From NCBI GenBank assembly GCA_003345545.1, contig PRDH01000039.1, positions 89,881 through 153,880 of the forward strand: a DNA stretch of 64,000 nt. The letters are read 5' to 3'. Position 1 is the first letter of the stretch. The number at the start of each line of letters is the position of its first letter. The position numbers and the translations under genes were made by a program. This DNA is from Candidatus Thorarchaeota archaeon (GTDB taxonomy: Archaea > Asgardarchaeota > Thorarchaeia > Thorarchaeales > Thorarchaeaceae). Positions 18,202-28,455 of the stretch are shown here, piece by piece. Below the pieces are notes generated by a model. The model was not told where the DNA came from, made no database searches, and saw only the letters and a program-made list of their open reading frames with translations.

Positions 18202-19353
18202 TCAATTGTGAGGCTTCCTGCCTCTTGCCTTCCTTTTGTATACACCCCTCTTCACTGCATAGTCGTACATCTCGATTATCTTCTCAGGTGTCGAGTCAGG
18301 TTGGATGTTATGCGCCGGGGCAAGAATGTAGCCTCCACCAGGGGCGAGTGCAGCAAGCCTTGTATCTATCTCTCCTCTAAGATTCTCCATAGTACCGAGT
18401 TCCGCCATGGCGCGCTGAAGGTCAATTCCACCGTGGAATGAGAGGCGGTCTCCATACTTGGCCTTAAGTGCACTCGATTCCATTCCAAAGGCAAGCGGCT
18501 GGATTGGGTTTAGGATGTCCACCCCTACTTCGATCAGATCATTGATTAGGGGTTCCACAGCGCCGCAGCTATGATAGAGAACCTTCACGTGGGGTGAACG
18601 TTTGTGTATCTCCCCATAGATTTTCTCATGTCGCGGCTTAATGAGGTCACGGTACATCTTGGGACTGATGATGAGACCGTTTTGGTGCCCTAGGTCATCT
18701 CCAACCTGTACCATGTCGAGGTACTCTCCGACTTCGTCCAAGAGAACCCTGTTCATATCAAGCGCAAATTGCATGCACTTGTCCATCATGGCCTCAGCGA
18801 GTTTCCGGTTCGTGGCCAAGTCTATGAGGAACTTATCGAATCCTCTCATATAGTGCTCACAGATTTCGAACACTCCCCACGGCCCTCCGACCATTCCAAC
18901 CACAGCGTATTCAGTTTCCTCATGGAGGTGTTTCGCCCACTCAACAACGCCCTCCATTCTTGAGGGATCATCCACGTCGGGCCATTCGTAGTTCTCTACC
19001 TCTTCGACCTCTGTGAACTGAGCCCACGGATAGTATGTGATCTCCCAGTATGGTCCGAACCACTTTCCCCTGAATCCATACTCCGAATCAGTCGTTCCAT
19101 CGGGATAGGTCCTCATCTGGAAGCTCGATGCCGTGTTCATGTAGACCCTGCGAAAGTCGATGTGAAGTCTACGCAGGAGCTCTTCCGAGGTCTTCCAGCT
19201 CGACATGATACCCCACTCTTGGGTCTCGGGAGACGTGATTCCAAGATGGTCGCGCAGCCTCTCATATGCTGTTGGAGTAGTCCAATAGTCAAGGGGCACT
19301 CTGTCAGGTTCCTCGTGGTGTAGTGCAGTCAGGACTCTTTCTCGCGATTTCAT
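18202..19353 (-). CDS. Uroporphyrinogen decarboxylase / MtaA-CmuA family protein
   Basis: MKSRERVLTALHHEEPDRVP, GDDLG, YHSCG, NPIQP and HNIQPD. Confidence 0.88.
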   Translation of the reverse strand: MKSRERVLTALHHEEPDRVPLDYWTTPTAYERLRDHLGITSPETQEWGIMSSWKTSEELLRRLHIDFRRVYMNTASSFQMRTYPDGTTDSEYGFRGKWFGPYWEITYYPWAQFTEVEEVENYEWPDVDDPSRMEGVVEWAKHLHEETEYAVVGMVGGPWGVFEICEHYMRGFDKFLIDLATNRKLAEAMMDKCMQFALDMNRVLLDEVGEYLDMVQVGDDLGHQNGLIISPKMYRDLIKPRHEKIYGEIHKRSPHVKVLYHSCGAVEPLINDLIEVGVDILNPIQPLAFGMESSALKAKYGDRLSFHGGIDLQRAMAELGTMENLRGEIDTRLAALAPGGGYILAPAHNIQPDSTPEKIIEMYDYAVKRGVYKRKARGRKPHN

Positions 19354-19507
19354 GGCAGTAAGACTGCATACATTCTAATATTAAAAACACTCTATGAGGT
19401 CGACTTTAAGAAAAGTTAATAGAGGGGCCTTTAATTGTGCCAGAATACGTCGCTATTCAGACGGAGATTTGAGATGAAGTCAGCATAGCATGACGGCGTG
19501 ATAGCAG

Positions 19508-20890
19508 ATGGTAGATGCAGCAAAGATTACTCGCCTTCTGGCCAAGGTGGTAGGTCCAGAGAGAGTAAGTGACAAGGACTTTGACCTCATCCCTTATAGT
19601 AGGGACCTGAGCCCGGCAAGGCAGAAGCTGCCCACACATGTGGTTCTGCCTCAGAGCAAAGAAGAGATACAGGGTATCTTGAGGATAGCGAATCAGGAGA
19701 ATGTGCCGGTGTATGTCAGGGCTGGAGGCACTTCGCACTGGGACGCATACCTTGCTCAGGAGCCCGGCATTATGTTGGATATGAGCAGGATGAATAGAAT
19801 TCTCTATATCAACGAGCGCGACCTCGTAGTCACGATTCAGCCAAACTGCACATGGGCGAAACTGGATAGGGAGCTTCGAAAACATGGCTTGACCTATCTC
19901 TGCAGTGAGGCCGGTGGTCCTGCTATGACAGTAGGAGGCTCGGTCATGAAGGCCGGTGCCGGACCGCATTCCACCGCAAAGTTCGGATGTCATGGAGATC
20001 AAGATGTTATCACACTTGAGATGGTGCTGCCTAACGGTGATATAGTGCAGACTGGCTCTGCAGCCTGGCCTAGTGCTGGAAAGTTTGAGAGGCAATGCCT
20101 CGGGCCTGACCTCGCTGGTATGTTCATTGGTGCTGAGGGAATCCTGGGAATATGCACTGAGCTCACTATGAGAATCCGACCAGCCACAGATTTCAAAGAA
20201 CGGCTGATAGCCGTGATGCCATCACTTGATAGTGTAATAGAGTTCGGTCACTTCATCAATCGCAATGTTGGAGATGAGTATCTTCAGGGCATCTACCTAT
20301 GGGTTGATCCGAATGCTCCTGATGTCTTCACTCTCATGATGGATATCTTCGGTTATGAAGCAGAGATAGTCGAACACAGAAAAAAGAAGTTGAGTGAGGA
20401 AGTCAAGAAGCTGGGTGGGTCGCTCGGTGATAGAGGCCCTGCTGATGACTATTTTGGTCATATTCTCACTGGACTGACTGATATCTTCGCTACTGGAGTC
20501 TGGCACTTCTTTGGTGCTGGCACTCTCAGAATAGATGATATCAAGTTCGTCTACGATGTCTGGAGGACTGAGTTACTCCAAAAGCGAGGCTATCGCAAGG
20601 CTGGTTTTGGAGGGCAAGTCCTTCCACGACGCTGGCTCGCATTCATGGTGACTAATTATCATGAGCCTGGTGACTGGGATGAGCTAGTCAGAATGGCTCA
20701 TGAGATTGATGAGATTATTCTTGCAGGACCCGTCATACCCTACGGCATTGGTGGGCGCGATGGTCTTCGTGACATTGTTGCTTCTCATGATACGGGCTAC
20801 TATCGACTCCTGAAGACCCTGAAACGGACTCTAGATCCCAAGAACATTCTGCAACGGGGAATATTCATACCTGAGGAGGAGTTGCAGTGA
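19508..20890 (+). CDS. FAD-binding oxidoreductase, GlcD-like
   Basis: RAGGTS, TVGGSV, GAEGILGI and LDPKNIL; paralog of 9231..10658 (shared GPDLxGxFIG). Confidence 0.9.
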   Translation: MVDAAKITRLLAKVVGPERVSDKDFDLIPYSRDLSPARQKLPTHVVLPQSKEEIQGILRIANQENVPVYVRAGGTSHWDAYLAQEPGIMLDMSRMNRILYINERDLVVTIQPNCTWAKLDRELRKHGLTYLCSEAGGPAMTVGGSVMKAGAGPHSTAKFGCHGDQDVITLEMVLPNGDIVQTGSAAWPSAGKFERQCLGPDLAGMFIGAEGILGICTELTMRIRPATDFKERLIAVMPSLDSVIEFGHFINRNVGDEYLQGIYLWVDPNAPDVFTLMMDIFGYEAEIVEHRKKKLSEEVKKLGGSLGDRGPADDYFGHILTGLTDIFATGVWHFFGAGTLRIDDIKFVYDVWRTELLQKRGYRKAGFGGQVLPRRWLAFMVTNYHEPGDWDELVRMAHEIDEIILAGPVIPYGIGGRDGLRDIVASHDTGYYRLLKTLKRTLDPKNILQRGIFIPEEELQ

Positions 20891-22083
20891 GAATCAAGGA
20901 ATTTCAGGACATGATTTATGCCTGTGGACGCTGCAACTATTGCAGAGGACAGGACTTCAACGAACGATGCCCTGAGATTTTTACTCAGATCTGGGAGTCT
21001 TCTACTGGTCGGGGGAGGATGGCAATTGCTCGTGGGATTCTCGAGGGAAAGCTCGACTATTCAGAGGAGCTAGGAGAGCGCATCTTTGGCTGTTTTATGT
21101 GCGGCCGTTGTAGGGAGGAATGCAAGAAGGCCGCCAAGATTGATATCATTGCAATTACGAAGGCTATGAGAGCTGACTTCGTTGACCAAGGGGTGAAAAT
21201 ACCTGAAAGCGGTTCAAGCATGGTCAATATTGCTGTTTCGAGCGGCAATATCTTCGCAGACTCGCCTGCAGCTCATGCGAAATGGGCGCAGGGCCTCCAG
21301 TTTGTGAGAGGTTCTGGGACTCTCTTCTTTCCAGGCTGCCTTGCAAGTCACAGATTCAAAGAGAAGACGAATATCCTTGTTCGATTGTTGCAGGCTGCTG
21401 GCTACACCCTTGACTTCTTGGGTGATGATCAGACCTGTTGTGGCACTCCGCTTTGGATCACGGGGAGGACTGCGGATGCCAAGAAGTGGGCTCAAAACTA
21501 CCTCAGGAAACTGAAGAAGCATGGTGTCAAAGAGATAATCACACCTTGTCCGAGTTGCTTTAGAGCGTTTGACGAGGAATATCCTCACCTGCTTGGCATG
21601 GAGAAGTTCCCAATTCGTGTCCGGCATACAGGCGAGGTACTTGAGGAGATTGTGGAGAAGAAGAAGCTGAACTTCAAGGTACCAATCAATAAACGCGTCA
21701 CCTATCATGATCCCTGCGAGATTGGTCGCTATAGGGGTATCTACGAACCAGCCCGAAGAGTCATCAGAGCATTGCCCGGTGTCGATTTTGTTGAGATGGA
21801 GAGAAATAGAGCAGACGCATTCTGTTGTGGCGGTGGAGGCGCCGTAAAGATCACGTATGAGCATCACTCCAATACTGTCGCGGAAGAGCGGATTCGGGAC
21901 TTCGTTCGGAGTGGAGCCCAGGTCATGAGCACGGTCTGTCCTGCCTGTGAGATGAATCTCACCCACGGCACATATGCCGCGGACGTACAAGCTCGTGTAT
22001 TGGATGTTGCAGAACTGATGGCAGTGGCTGCAGGAATCGTAGACAGAGAGATTCTAGAAACAGACTACTTCCCCGAAGATTAG
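20887..22083 (+). CDS. Fe-S oxidoreductase, GlcF/HdrD-like (CCG domains)
   Basis: CGRCNYC, CFMCGRC...C, TCCG, HDPCEIGR and FCCGGGG; GTGA overlap with the upstream gene. Confidence 0.9.
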   Translation: MRIKEFQDMIYACGRCNYCRGQDFNERCPEIFTQIWESSTGRGRMAIARGILEGKLDYSEELGERIFGCFMCGRCREECKKAAKIDIIAITKAMRADFVDQGVKIPESGSSMVNIAVSSGNIFADSPAAHAKWAQGLQFVRGSGTLFFPGCLASHRFKEKTNILVRLLQAAGYTLDFLGDDQTCCGTPLWITGRTADAKKWAQNYLRKLKKHGVKEIITPCPSCFRAFDEEYPHLLGMEKFPIRVRHTGEVLEEIVEKKKLNFKVPINKRVTYHDPCEIGRYRGIYEPARRVIRALPGVDFVEMERNRADAFCCGGGGAVKITYEHHSNTVAEERIRDFVRSGAQVMSTVCPACEMNLTHGTYAADVQARVLDVAELMAVAAGIVDREILETDYFPED

Positions 22084-22129
22084 ATGGGTGGCTTGATTCT
22101 CTCTTGAGCCTTCGGGATATGTTTTCTCA

Positions 22130-22420
22130 TTATCCCCCGACCGCAGCAATCATGAAGACAATAAGGTCGCCCTTTGAGACCTTCGTGTTGATACCGTCAC
22201 GAGCTACCATGTTCATGCCATTCACGAACACAATGGCATCTCTTCTCAGAATCCTTTCTTCTCTGTCATCAAGATAGACCTCAAAGCGACTGCCATATTC
22301 TTCATGAAGCTCTTTGATCAAGTCCTCTATCGTTGAGCCTTCCTTTGTGTCGAATGGGAACTTGTTGTGCTCTGAGTTCTTCAGTCCTTTGTTCATAAGC
22401 TTCACAAAGACTTCGGTCAC
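22130..22420 (-). CDS. MoaD/ThiS/SAMP ubiquitin-like sulfur carrier
   Basis: IVFVNG, GDLIVF and C-terminal AVGG. Confidence 0.88.
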   Translation of the reverse strand: MTEVFVKLMNKGLKNSEHNKFPFDTKEGSTIEDLIKELHEEYGSRFEVYLDDREERILRRDAIVFVNGMNMVARDGINTKVSKGDLIVFMIAAVGG

Positions 22421-22619
22421 TTCTCGAGTTCACCACTCATTATTCGAATAGATTAACTTTAAATTAAGTTTGTTGGAGTGGTTGTTGATGGATTACGCCC
22501 ACCGATGCATCTCATGCGACTTAGGGGCGGGCAGTCGCAGAAGTACGTTAAAGAAACCTCTTCTGTCATTAGCCAAAACGTATATGTATCCTTAAGTTCC
22601 AGCGAGCAAAGGGCAATCA

Positions 22620-23423
22620 TTGAGTCCAAAAACATCAACGATGGGTGCGATTGACTTGTCAAATGCAAAAGAGCGTAGAACTCTCAGAGAATGGCTGATG
22701 GAAAACGCACGCGAAAACCCCGTCCATTATAGGGAGATTGCTGTGGCGCTGGACAGAGACCCGGCATCCGTTTCTGCATCGCTGTCCATTGAAAAGGCGC
22801 AGGCTCAAGAAACTGGGCGGCCTGCATATTTCCAAAGAGTAGCGCCGGGCCTGTACAGATTCAACGACCTTTGCGAGGGAGCAATCACTGAACAGCAGAT
22901 TGATGAGGATCTTAGAGAGAAGGCCCGAGCCAGCAAACTGGCAACAAGAGCTGAAATGAATCAGGCAATCGCTGATCTCGATCTGAACGGATTCAGAGAA
23001 CTGGCGGAAATCATCCTCATAAACATCCGAGTTAACCGAGACGATCTCCGGGAACGTGAACGATACAACAATACCATTGTATTCACTGGCAGCTGGCTTG
23101 ATGACGGTGGTAGAGCTCCAGTCGTATTCTACGCGAAGAAGTGCAATCTTGATGAGCCAATTGGAAAAGAAACAATTCTGGAGATACGTGGGGCGTTTCC
23201 AGTGTACGGGGCGAATCAGGGTGTTCTTGTTTCAAATGGCATCTGTTCGTCTGAAGCAACTCGTGAAGCAGTTCAACCAAATCTTGTAGTACCGCCTGTT
23301 CATATTATGGATAAGGAAATCATCATGAATGTCCTCTTTGAAAGCAGGACTGGTGTCAAGTCCAGCAAGGTCGAGATATTCCTCCTCGACACAAATTTCT
23401 TCAAGGCACTGATGCCCGAGTAA
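22620..23423 (+). CDS. HARE-HTH + Mrr-like restriction-endonuclease-fold protein
   Basis: N-terminal wHTH ending FQRVAPGLYRF; C-terminal Mrr-like FRELAEIIL...YAKK...EIRGA...GVLVSNG...EA. Confidence 0.6.
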   Translation: MSPKTSTMGAIDLSNAKERRTLREWLMENARENPVHYREIAVALDRDPASVSASLSIEKAQAQETGRPAYFQRVAPGLYRFNDLCEGAITEQQIDEDLREKARASKLATRAEMNQAIADLDLNGFRELAEIILINIRVNRDDLRERERYNNTIVFTGSWLDDGGRAPVVFYAKKCNLDEPIGKETILEIRGAFPVYGANQGVLVSNGICSSEATREAVQPNLVVPPVHIMDKEIIMNVLFESRTGVKSSKVEIFLLDTNFFKALMPE

Positions 23424-23663
23424 CGAATTGACCGATAATGTCCGTGTTATTGTGAATCGATTCGATTTGATTCTCGTTCTCAGGGGTCTTATGACTTCAG
23501 ATGCCAAGCTCATTGATAGCTCACATTCTTTTGTTTAAATATGTGAGTTTAATACGAAAAAAAAGTAAACCCCTCAACTTAAATATCAGGGTATACAGTG
23601 GTAGGGGCATCACGATACGATTCTTTCTTGTCGTGAGAGAGAAAAAAAAGGAGAACATCACAA

Positions 23664-25205
23664 GTGAGTGAGGATAAACTCCTCTTTGTAAGAGAGTCGT
23701 CCGGCCTCGTCAAGGAAGTGGGCACGGGCTTTGCTCTCCTCCTCCCAATAGCACTGACTTTGGGCCCATGGTTCCACTATTTTGGACCACAGGTTTCGAC
23801 TTGGTATCCTGGTGCGCATCTTGTTCCGATGTATGCACTGGGTGCAGGAGCTGTCTTCTTTGAAGCCCTTGCGCTCATGTGTCTGATGCTCGCCATGCCA
23901 AGATCTGGAGCATCTTACCACTTCACTGGAAGAGGTCTGAGCCCCATTTTTGGTGTCATGGAAGGTTGGAGAAGTGTAATCACGAACCCTGTCTTCAGGG
24001 GGACTGGAAGCTTTTTCGCAGTACAGATCTTTGCAGGTGGTCTTGCAGTCATTGGCGCCGCAACGGGCAATGCTGGCTTAGTCAGCTTTGCAGCGACCCT
24101 CAGCGGCGATATCATCTGGCTCTTCACCGCCGCAGTGCTGATGATCCTAGTCGGATTCGTCTTTGCCTACCTTAGTGTCAAATGGTTAGGCTGGTATGTA
24201 ATCATTATTGGACTCGTCAACATTTTGGCTCTGCTAGTAGCGGATCTTGTCATGCTTTCAACACCAATGTCTCAGGCGGTCTGGGAGAACTCGATGGGGC
24301 CTGGAACTTGGGCTCCCATAGCTGCCTTTAATCCAACTACGCCAGTAAACTATGTAGACTTCAACTTCGGTGCAGTAGGAGGCGCTCTCCTGATAACAGT
24401 TGGTGGAATGTGGCCATATCTCATCATGCCTGTAGCTGGTGAGGTTTCACAGCCCAGTAGAAACATTCCACTGAGCAATGTTGGTGGGTGGGCAGGTATT
24501 GCCTTCTTCTTCTTGCTCTCTGGTTTTGCTGTAGAGTCATCCATGGGAAACTATCTGTACGGTGTCAACATGGTTGGTGGTGTGTTCCCCGGTTTCGGCA
24601 ACTATGCCGCAGTCATTCTTGGTGCCAACCCACTTGCTTGGTTCGTGATATTGTGTCCAATCTTTGCAAGTCTGGGCGACTCACCTAGCAACGCACTGTG
24701 GGTCACTCGACCAATGCACAGCATGGCCATGGACAGATTCTGCCCTGAAGCATTTGCTCGTGTCCATCCAAAATACCATGTACCGCACATCACGCTGTAC
24801 TTCTGGTTGATCCTTTCGATTGGTACAGTAGCATATGCTACATTCCTGCAGTCCTTCTATGGTACAGCTCTAGCCGGACTGATTGGAGTGGCGTATACAT
24901 ACGTCTTCATCAGATGGCAGATGGCTTTGGCAGCAATTTCCCTACCGTACTACAGACCGACCCTATGGGAGCGGAGTGGAGGCTGGAAATTCCTTGGCAT
25001 TCCACTGGTTTCTCTAGGTGGTATCGTTTCTGGTGCTGTGTTCTTCTGGGCAATCATTGCATACGTGCCGACGCTACCCTATGAGGTCGCGTTCACGATT
25101 GCCGTGTACGTGATAGGTCAGATCGCCTACATGTACTATGGAGCAAAGAACAAGGCTAAGGGCATTGAGATGTCCGCCATCTTTGGTCAACTCCCACCAG
25201 AGTAG
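23664..25205 (+). CDS. APC-family amino acid permease
   Basis: FVRESSGLVKE, AMPRSGASY, AGEV and MAMDR..PEAFARVHPKYHVP; about 12 TM helices. Confidence 0.9.
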   Translation: MSEDKLLFVRESSGLVKEVGTGFALLLPIALTLGPWFHYFGPQVSTWYPGAHLVPMYALGAGAVFFEALALMCLMLAMPRSGASYHFTGRGLSPIFGVMEGWRSVITNPVFRGTGSFFAVQIFAGGLAVIGAATGNAGLVSFAATLSGDIIWLFTAAVLMILVGFVFAYLSVKWLGWYVIIIGLVNILALLVADLVMLSTPMSQAVWENSMGPGTWAPIAAFNPTTPVNYVDFNFGAVGGALLITVGGMWPYLIMPVAGEVSQPSRNIPLSNVGGWAGIAFFFLLSGFAVESSMGNYLYGVNMVGGVFPGFGNYAAVILGANPLAWFVILCPIFASLGDSPSNALWVTRPMHSMAMDRFCPEAFARVHPKYHVPHITLYFWLILSIGTVAYATFLQSFYGTALAGLIGVAYTYVFIRWQMALAAISLPYYRPTLWERSGGWKFLGIPLVSLGGIVSGAVFFWAIIAYVPTLPYEVAFTIAVYVIGQIAYMYYGAKNKAKGIEMSAIFGQLPPE

Positions 25206-25219
25206 AATCTAGATTGTAT

Positions 25220-25258
25220 GAAGAGAGCCGCAAGCTCTCTTCTTCCCTTTTCTTTTTC
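25220..25258 (+). terminator. Hairpin + pyrimidine-tract terminator after APC permease
   Basis: AGAGAGC-cgcaa-GCTCTCT followed by TCTTCCCTTTTCTTTTT. Confidence 0.6.
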
Positions 25259-25301
25259 AGTCTGCAACTCACTAGAGCTCTTGAGGTCTAGATTTTATTT
25301 G

Positions 25302-26243
25302 CTATTCGTCTCTTGCGTCTTCTGGAAAGTCTGTGATGGGTGGGAACCTGTTTCTGCTGGCCTTACTTGCCAAGGGCTCCAGCTTATCCCATGTCCTGTG
25401 AAATCTCGACGGAAACGACCAAGGCCGAATGACAAGATACTCGCGAACATTCTCTGAAGAGCTGTACTCATCTAGAGCCTTCTTTGCCTCTCGAGTAAAA
25501 ACATGCCGCTCGTCATCATTTAAGACCTGTTGCTCAAAAACATAGGCATCTTCTTTCCATATGTATTTGACCTGGACTTCGTCATTGTCTTCAACTATGC
25601 GATGCACAAGTCTCCAGGGCCAAAATGTAGACATCTGTTCAAGTTGTTCTCCCGCGCCATAGAAGTCAACTGACATTCCCTCTTTACAATAGACGTAGTC
25701 AGGACCGCGTTCTCTGAATTTCTTGTTTGGTTTGGCCATACGACCCTTTCTAACCCAGTCATAGAACTCCCCTCTTACTCTACTGTAGATCTCACAACGG
25801 TCAAGTATGTACTTCACAGCTGCAGCTGTTCCATGGTGTGCTAGTCCCCGAAGCGAGGGCCGATCGAGTCGCTTCTCAATCAATTCTCGGACAGCCTGGA
25901 TGTCCTCAGTTGGAATTGTTGTCCAAATTGGGAAGACTGCTCTCCCAAAAGGTACCGTGTGTAGAAATACGATTCCGGCCGTTCCTATCGGTTCTAAGCC
26001 CTCAAGCAGTTCTTCATTGACTGGCCAAGTGTTTCCATTCCTGCAATAATGGACCTCACTCACTTCGAAGGAAACCACTTCATCCCATTGCGCATCAAAA
26101 ACCGCCTGGTACTTCTTCTTCTTCTTCTCGCGTGGAAGAATAAACCTAGCCTGAGTAGGATTGATCTGTATCTCTTGTCGTGCCTTGCTAAATGGGCAAT
26201 TCCCAATGTATTCTGCATCAGGCAGTGTTTCTTCATCAGACAT
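25302..26243 (-). CDS. Hypothetical protein, possibly tandem PH-like domains
   Basis: Two segments with a beta-rich...W(D/R)xVxxI/F...helix pattern (AQWDEVVSFEV; WPWRLVHRIV). Confidence 0.6.
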   Translation of the reverse strand: MSDEETLPDAEYIGNCPFSKARQEIQINPTQARFILPREKKKKKYQAVFDAQWDEVVSFEVSEVHYCRNGNTWPVNEELLEGLEPIGTAGIVFLHTVPFGRAVFPIWTTIPTEDIQAVRELIEKRLDRPSLRGLAHHGTAAAVKYILDRCEIYSRVRGEFYDWVRKGRMAKPNKKFRERGPDYVYCKEGMSVDFYGAGEQLEQMSTFWPWRLVHRIVEDNDEVQVKYIWKEDAYVFEQQVLNDDERHVFTREAKKALDEYSSSENVREYLVIRPWSFPSRFHRTWDKLEPLASKASRNRFPPITDFPEDARDE

Positions 26244-26401
26244 GATACATTCACCTTTGTGAAGTCGCCCTAGTGTATTCTAGACATGGCTTGACTGGTC
26301 ATTATTTAAGTGTACTTAAAAGAGTTGGTTAATCTCTCTATAAGAAATCAAAAGGGTTAAAGGTGCGTGACCTTGTGCCTCCCTGAAGAGGTCTCCTCAC
26401 G

Positions 26402-27103
26402 ATGAGCCAACGTACAAACCGAGAACGCGACTCCAAGACGTCTCTCGATGACTTTGAGTTTGATCCAACCGAGCTGGATTTGAAGAAAAGCAAGAGTCTG
26501 ATTACGGTCTTTGACGGTTATCGAATCCAAAGAACATATGACCTCAGGTTTGTAGACAAAGCGATAAACAAGGGTGAAATGCCAAAGTCATTCATTCGTC
26601 AGTGGGGGACCATCAGAGCGCTTCTGCACAAGCTAGCTGCAATTGGTCCTAAGGTGACTGGGGTAGAGTCATGGCTAAATCGGAAGCAATACTTTGCCTT
26701 TCTATCTTTAGCAACAATCACCATAGCGGCTCCAGTGCTCCTTCTTACGTGGGTGTTTCGATGGGAAGCGCTTCAGGATATTGCAATGCCCTTGGCGCTG
26801 GTTGCTGTGGCTCTAATGTTCATCAATTTCCTATTATCATCGTGGTATAATCGAAAGGTTGCGTGGGCGATATACTACTACTTAGAGGATAATCCGAATT
26901 TGGTTGCCAAAGAACGAGCAATTCTCAAAAAATGGGTTCAGAGTCTCATCCATCACACAGCAAGAGTGATGAGACAGAGCGGACTCGATCCTGATAAGAA
27001 TTTGGTCAAGTTCTGGAACGACGACTATGTAGGGATAGAGGTGCTCAAAGTACCTTCTGGATTAAGGAAGAACTACGTTGTGAAAGTCAAACTGACTGGT
27101 TAG
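26402..27103 (+). CDS. Hypothetical membrane protein (2 central TM helices)
   Basis: Two hydrophobic spans flanked by soluble domains. Confidence 0.75.
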   Translation: MSQRTNRERDSKTSLDDFEFDPTELDLKKSKSLITVFDGYRIQRTYDLRFVDKAINKGEMPKSFIRQWGTIRALLHKLAAIGPKVTGVESWLNRKQYFAFLSLATITIAAPVLLLTWVFRWEALQDIAMPLALVAVALMFINFLLSSWYNRKVAWAIYYYLEDNPNLVAKERAILKKWVQSLIHHTARVMRQSGLDPDKNLVKFWNDDYVGIEVLKVPSGLRKNYVVKVKLTG

Positions 27104-27167
27104 TCTTGGCGTGCTCTATCCATTTGTCTTTTTCATGGCTGAGAAGCCTGTAGTTGGTTCTCAGCCA

Positions 27168-28283
27168 CTAGACTATCTTCTCAATGGGTCTATACTCGAC
27201 GTCGAATCCGAAGTGCCGCGGGCCTAAAGCCTTCAAGCCCTCTGCCCCCCTGAAGATTGGTTCTGCCTTCATTCCAATGACGCTTACCTTATCGCCTTTC
27301 TTGATGTCCGTGTTAGTGATGGGCTCGCCACTCTTGGCATTTATTATCTCTATGATATCTGGACTTGTTATCCAGGGTTTTTCATCAAGCCAGGTCATAT
27401 GGTTCTCATTCTTGAACCACACCTTGAATTTCTTACTTGATTTGATACCAGAACCTGTGATCTCAGTTTCTCCCCACATATACCCCTCTCGATTCTCCCA
27501 TGTCCTGCCTGTAACCTTCCCTCGGAAGAGTATCCACCCTCCAACATTCTCGACAATCTTGTCAGCAGGATCATCTCCTGATTCTCGACTCTCTCGAATC
27601 ATCTTCCCCACGTTGTAGCTCTTTGTGAGGGTTCCTTTGATAATGGCATCATGAAAGTCTGCTCCCTTGACTGGAAAGGCAACATTGCCAAGACGACCCC
27701 ATGCCACTTCACTCAAAGCCTTGGAGATTCGCTCGCCCATCTCGTAGTTGATGACGTTCTGTACGATGCTCTTATTTCCAAACCAGTCAATGAGAGCCAT
27801 GGGCGCCATTGAGAAGCCCTTGACACAAACAGTGTTTTGGCATATCTCAGGTACCGCTCTTCCTGAATAGTCTCCATCAACACAGGGAATGCCATGTTTG
27901 ACAGCAGCATCAATTGGCGCTGGCGTATTCACTCCACCCAGCTCAAAGGGAGCGACTGCTTTGAATTTGACGCCCATGAAATCCTCAAGTGCTGCCAAAC
28001 CACTGGACAACTCCTTCTCAAAATAATCCCAGGGGTATCTCTTCCTTAAAGCTTCAATCTCGGGAGTAGGAGGTGCGATTGTCCCAGAATAGTATGGGCA
28101 TGCAACCCAGTCACTATTTCTTACTGTATTCACATCAACGATTTCAATTGTCTGTCCTTTCTCGACATGAGGATATAGCATATTGAGACCAAGTTGTTTG
28201 GACCCACCGCCGCCAGTTCCAAAGAAGGTACATCCCGTTGTGAGGTCTTCCACATCAGTCCTTGTTTTTAATATGAGCGCCAT
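27168..28283 (-). CDS. DUF917 family protein
   Basis: FFGTGGGGS, PFELGGVNT, VDGDYSGRAVPE, FKNEN and SPDII. Confidence 0.88.
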   Translation of the reverse strand: MALILKTRTDVEDLTTGCTFFGTGGGGSKQLGLNMLYPHVEKGQTIEIVDVNTVRNSDWVACPYYSGTIAPPTPEIEALRKRYPWDYFEKELSSGLAALEDFMGVKFKAVAPFELGGVNTPAPIDAAVKHGIPCVDGDYSGRAVPEICQNTVCVKGFSMAPMALIDWFGNKSIVQNVINYEMGERISKALSEVAWGRLGNVAFPVKGADFHDAIIKGTLTKSYNVGKMIRESRESGDDPADKIVENVGGWILFRGKVTGRTWENREGYMWGETEITGSGIKSSKKFKVWFKNENHMTWLDEKPWITSPDIIEIINAKSGEPITNTDIKKGDKVSVIGMKAEPIFRGAEGLKALGPRHFGFDVEYRPIEKIV

Positions 28284-28396
28284 TCTAAACAGTCCCTGTC
28301 AGATTTGTTAAATCTGGTTTAACCTAGCCAGTATATATTTCCAACGGATGGTGTCGAAATAGACATTTCACTCGTGCGGGTCATTCCTCCTACGAG

Positions 28397-28444
28397 AAAA
28401 AAAGAACATTGTGAGAGAAGAGGGAATCTTCACTCTTCTCTCTC
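28397..28444 (-). terminator. Hairpin + T-tract terminator after metallophosphoesterase
   Basis: GAGAGAAGAG...CTCTTCTCTC inverted repeat, followed on the minus strand by TTCTTTTTTT. Confidence 0.6.
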
Positions 28445-28455
28445 AGATTTGAGAA

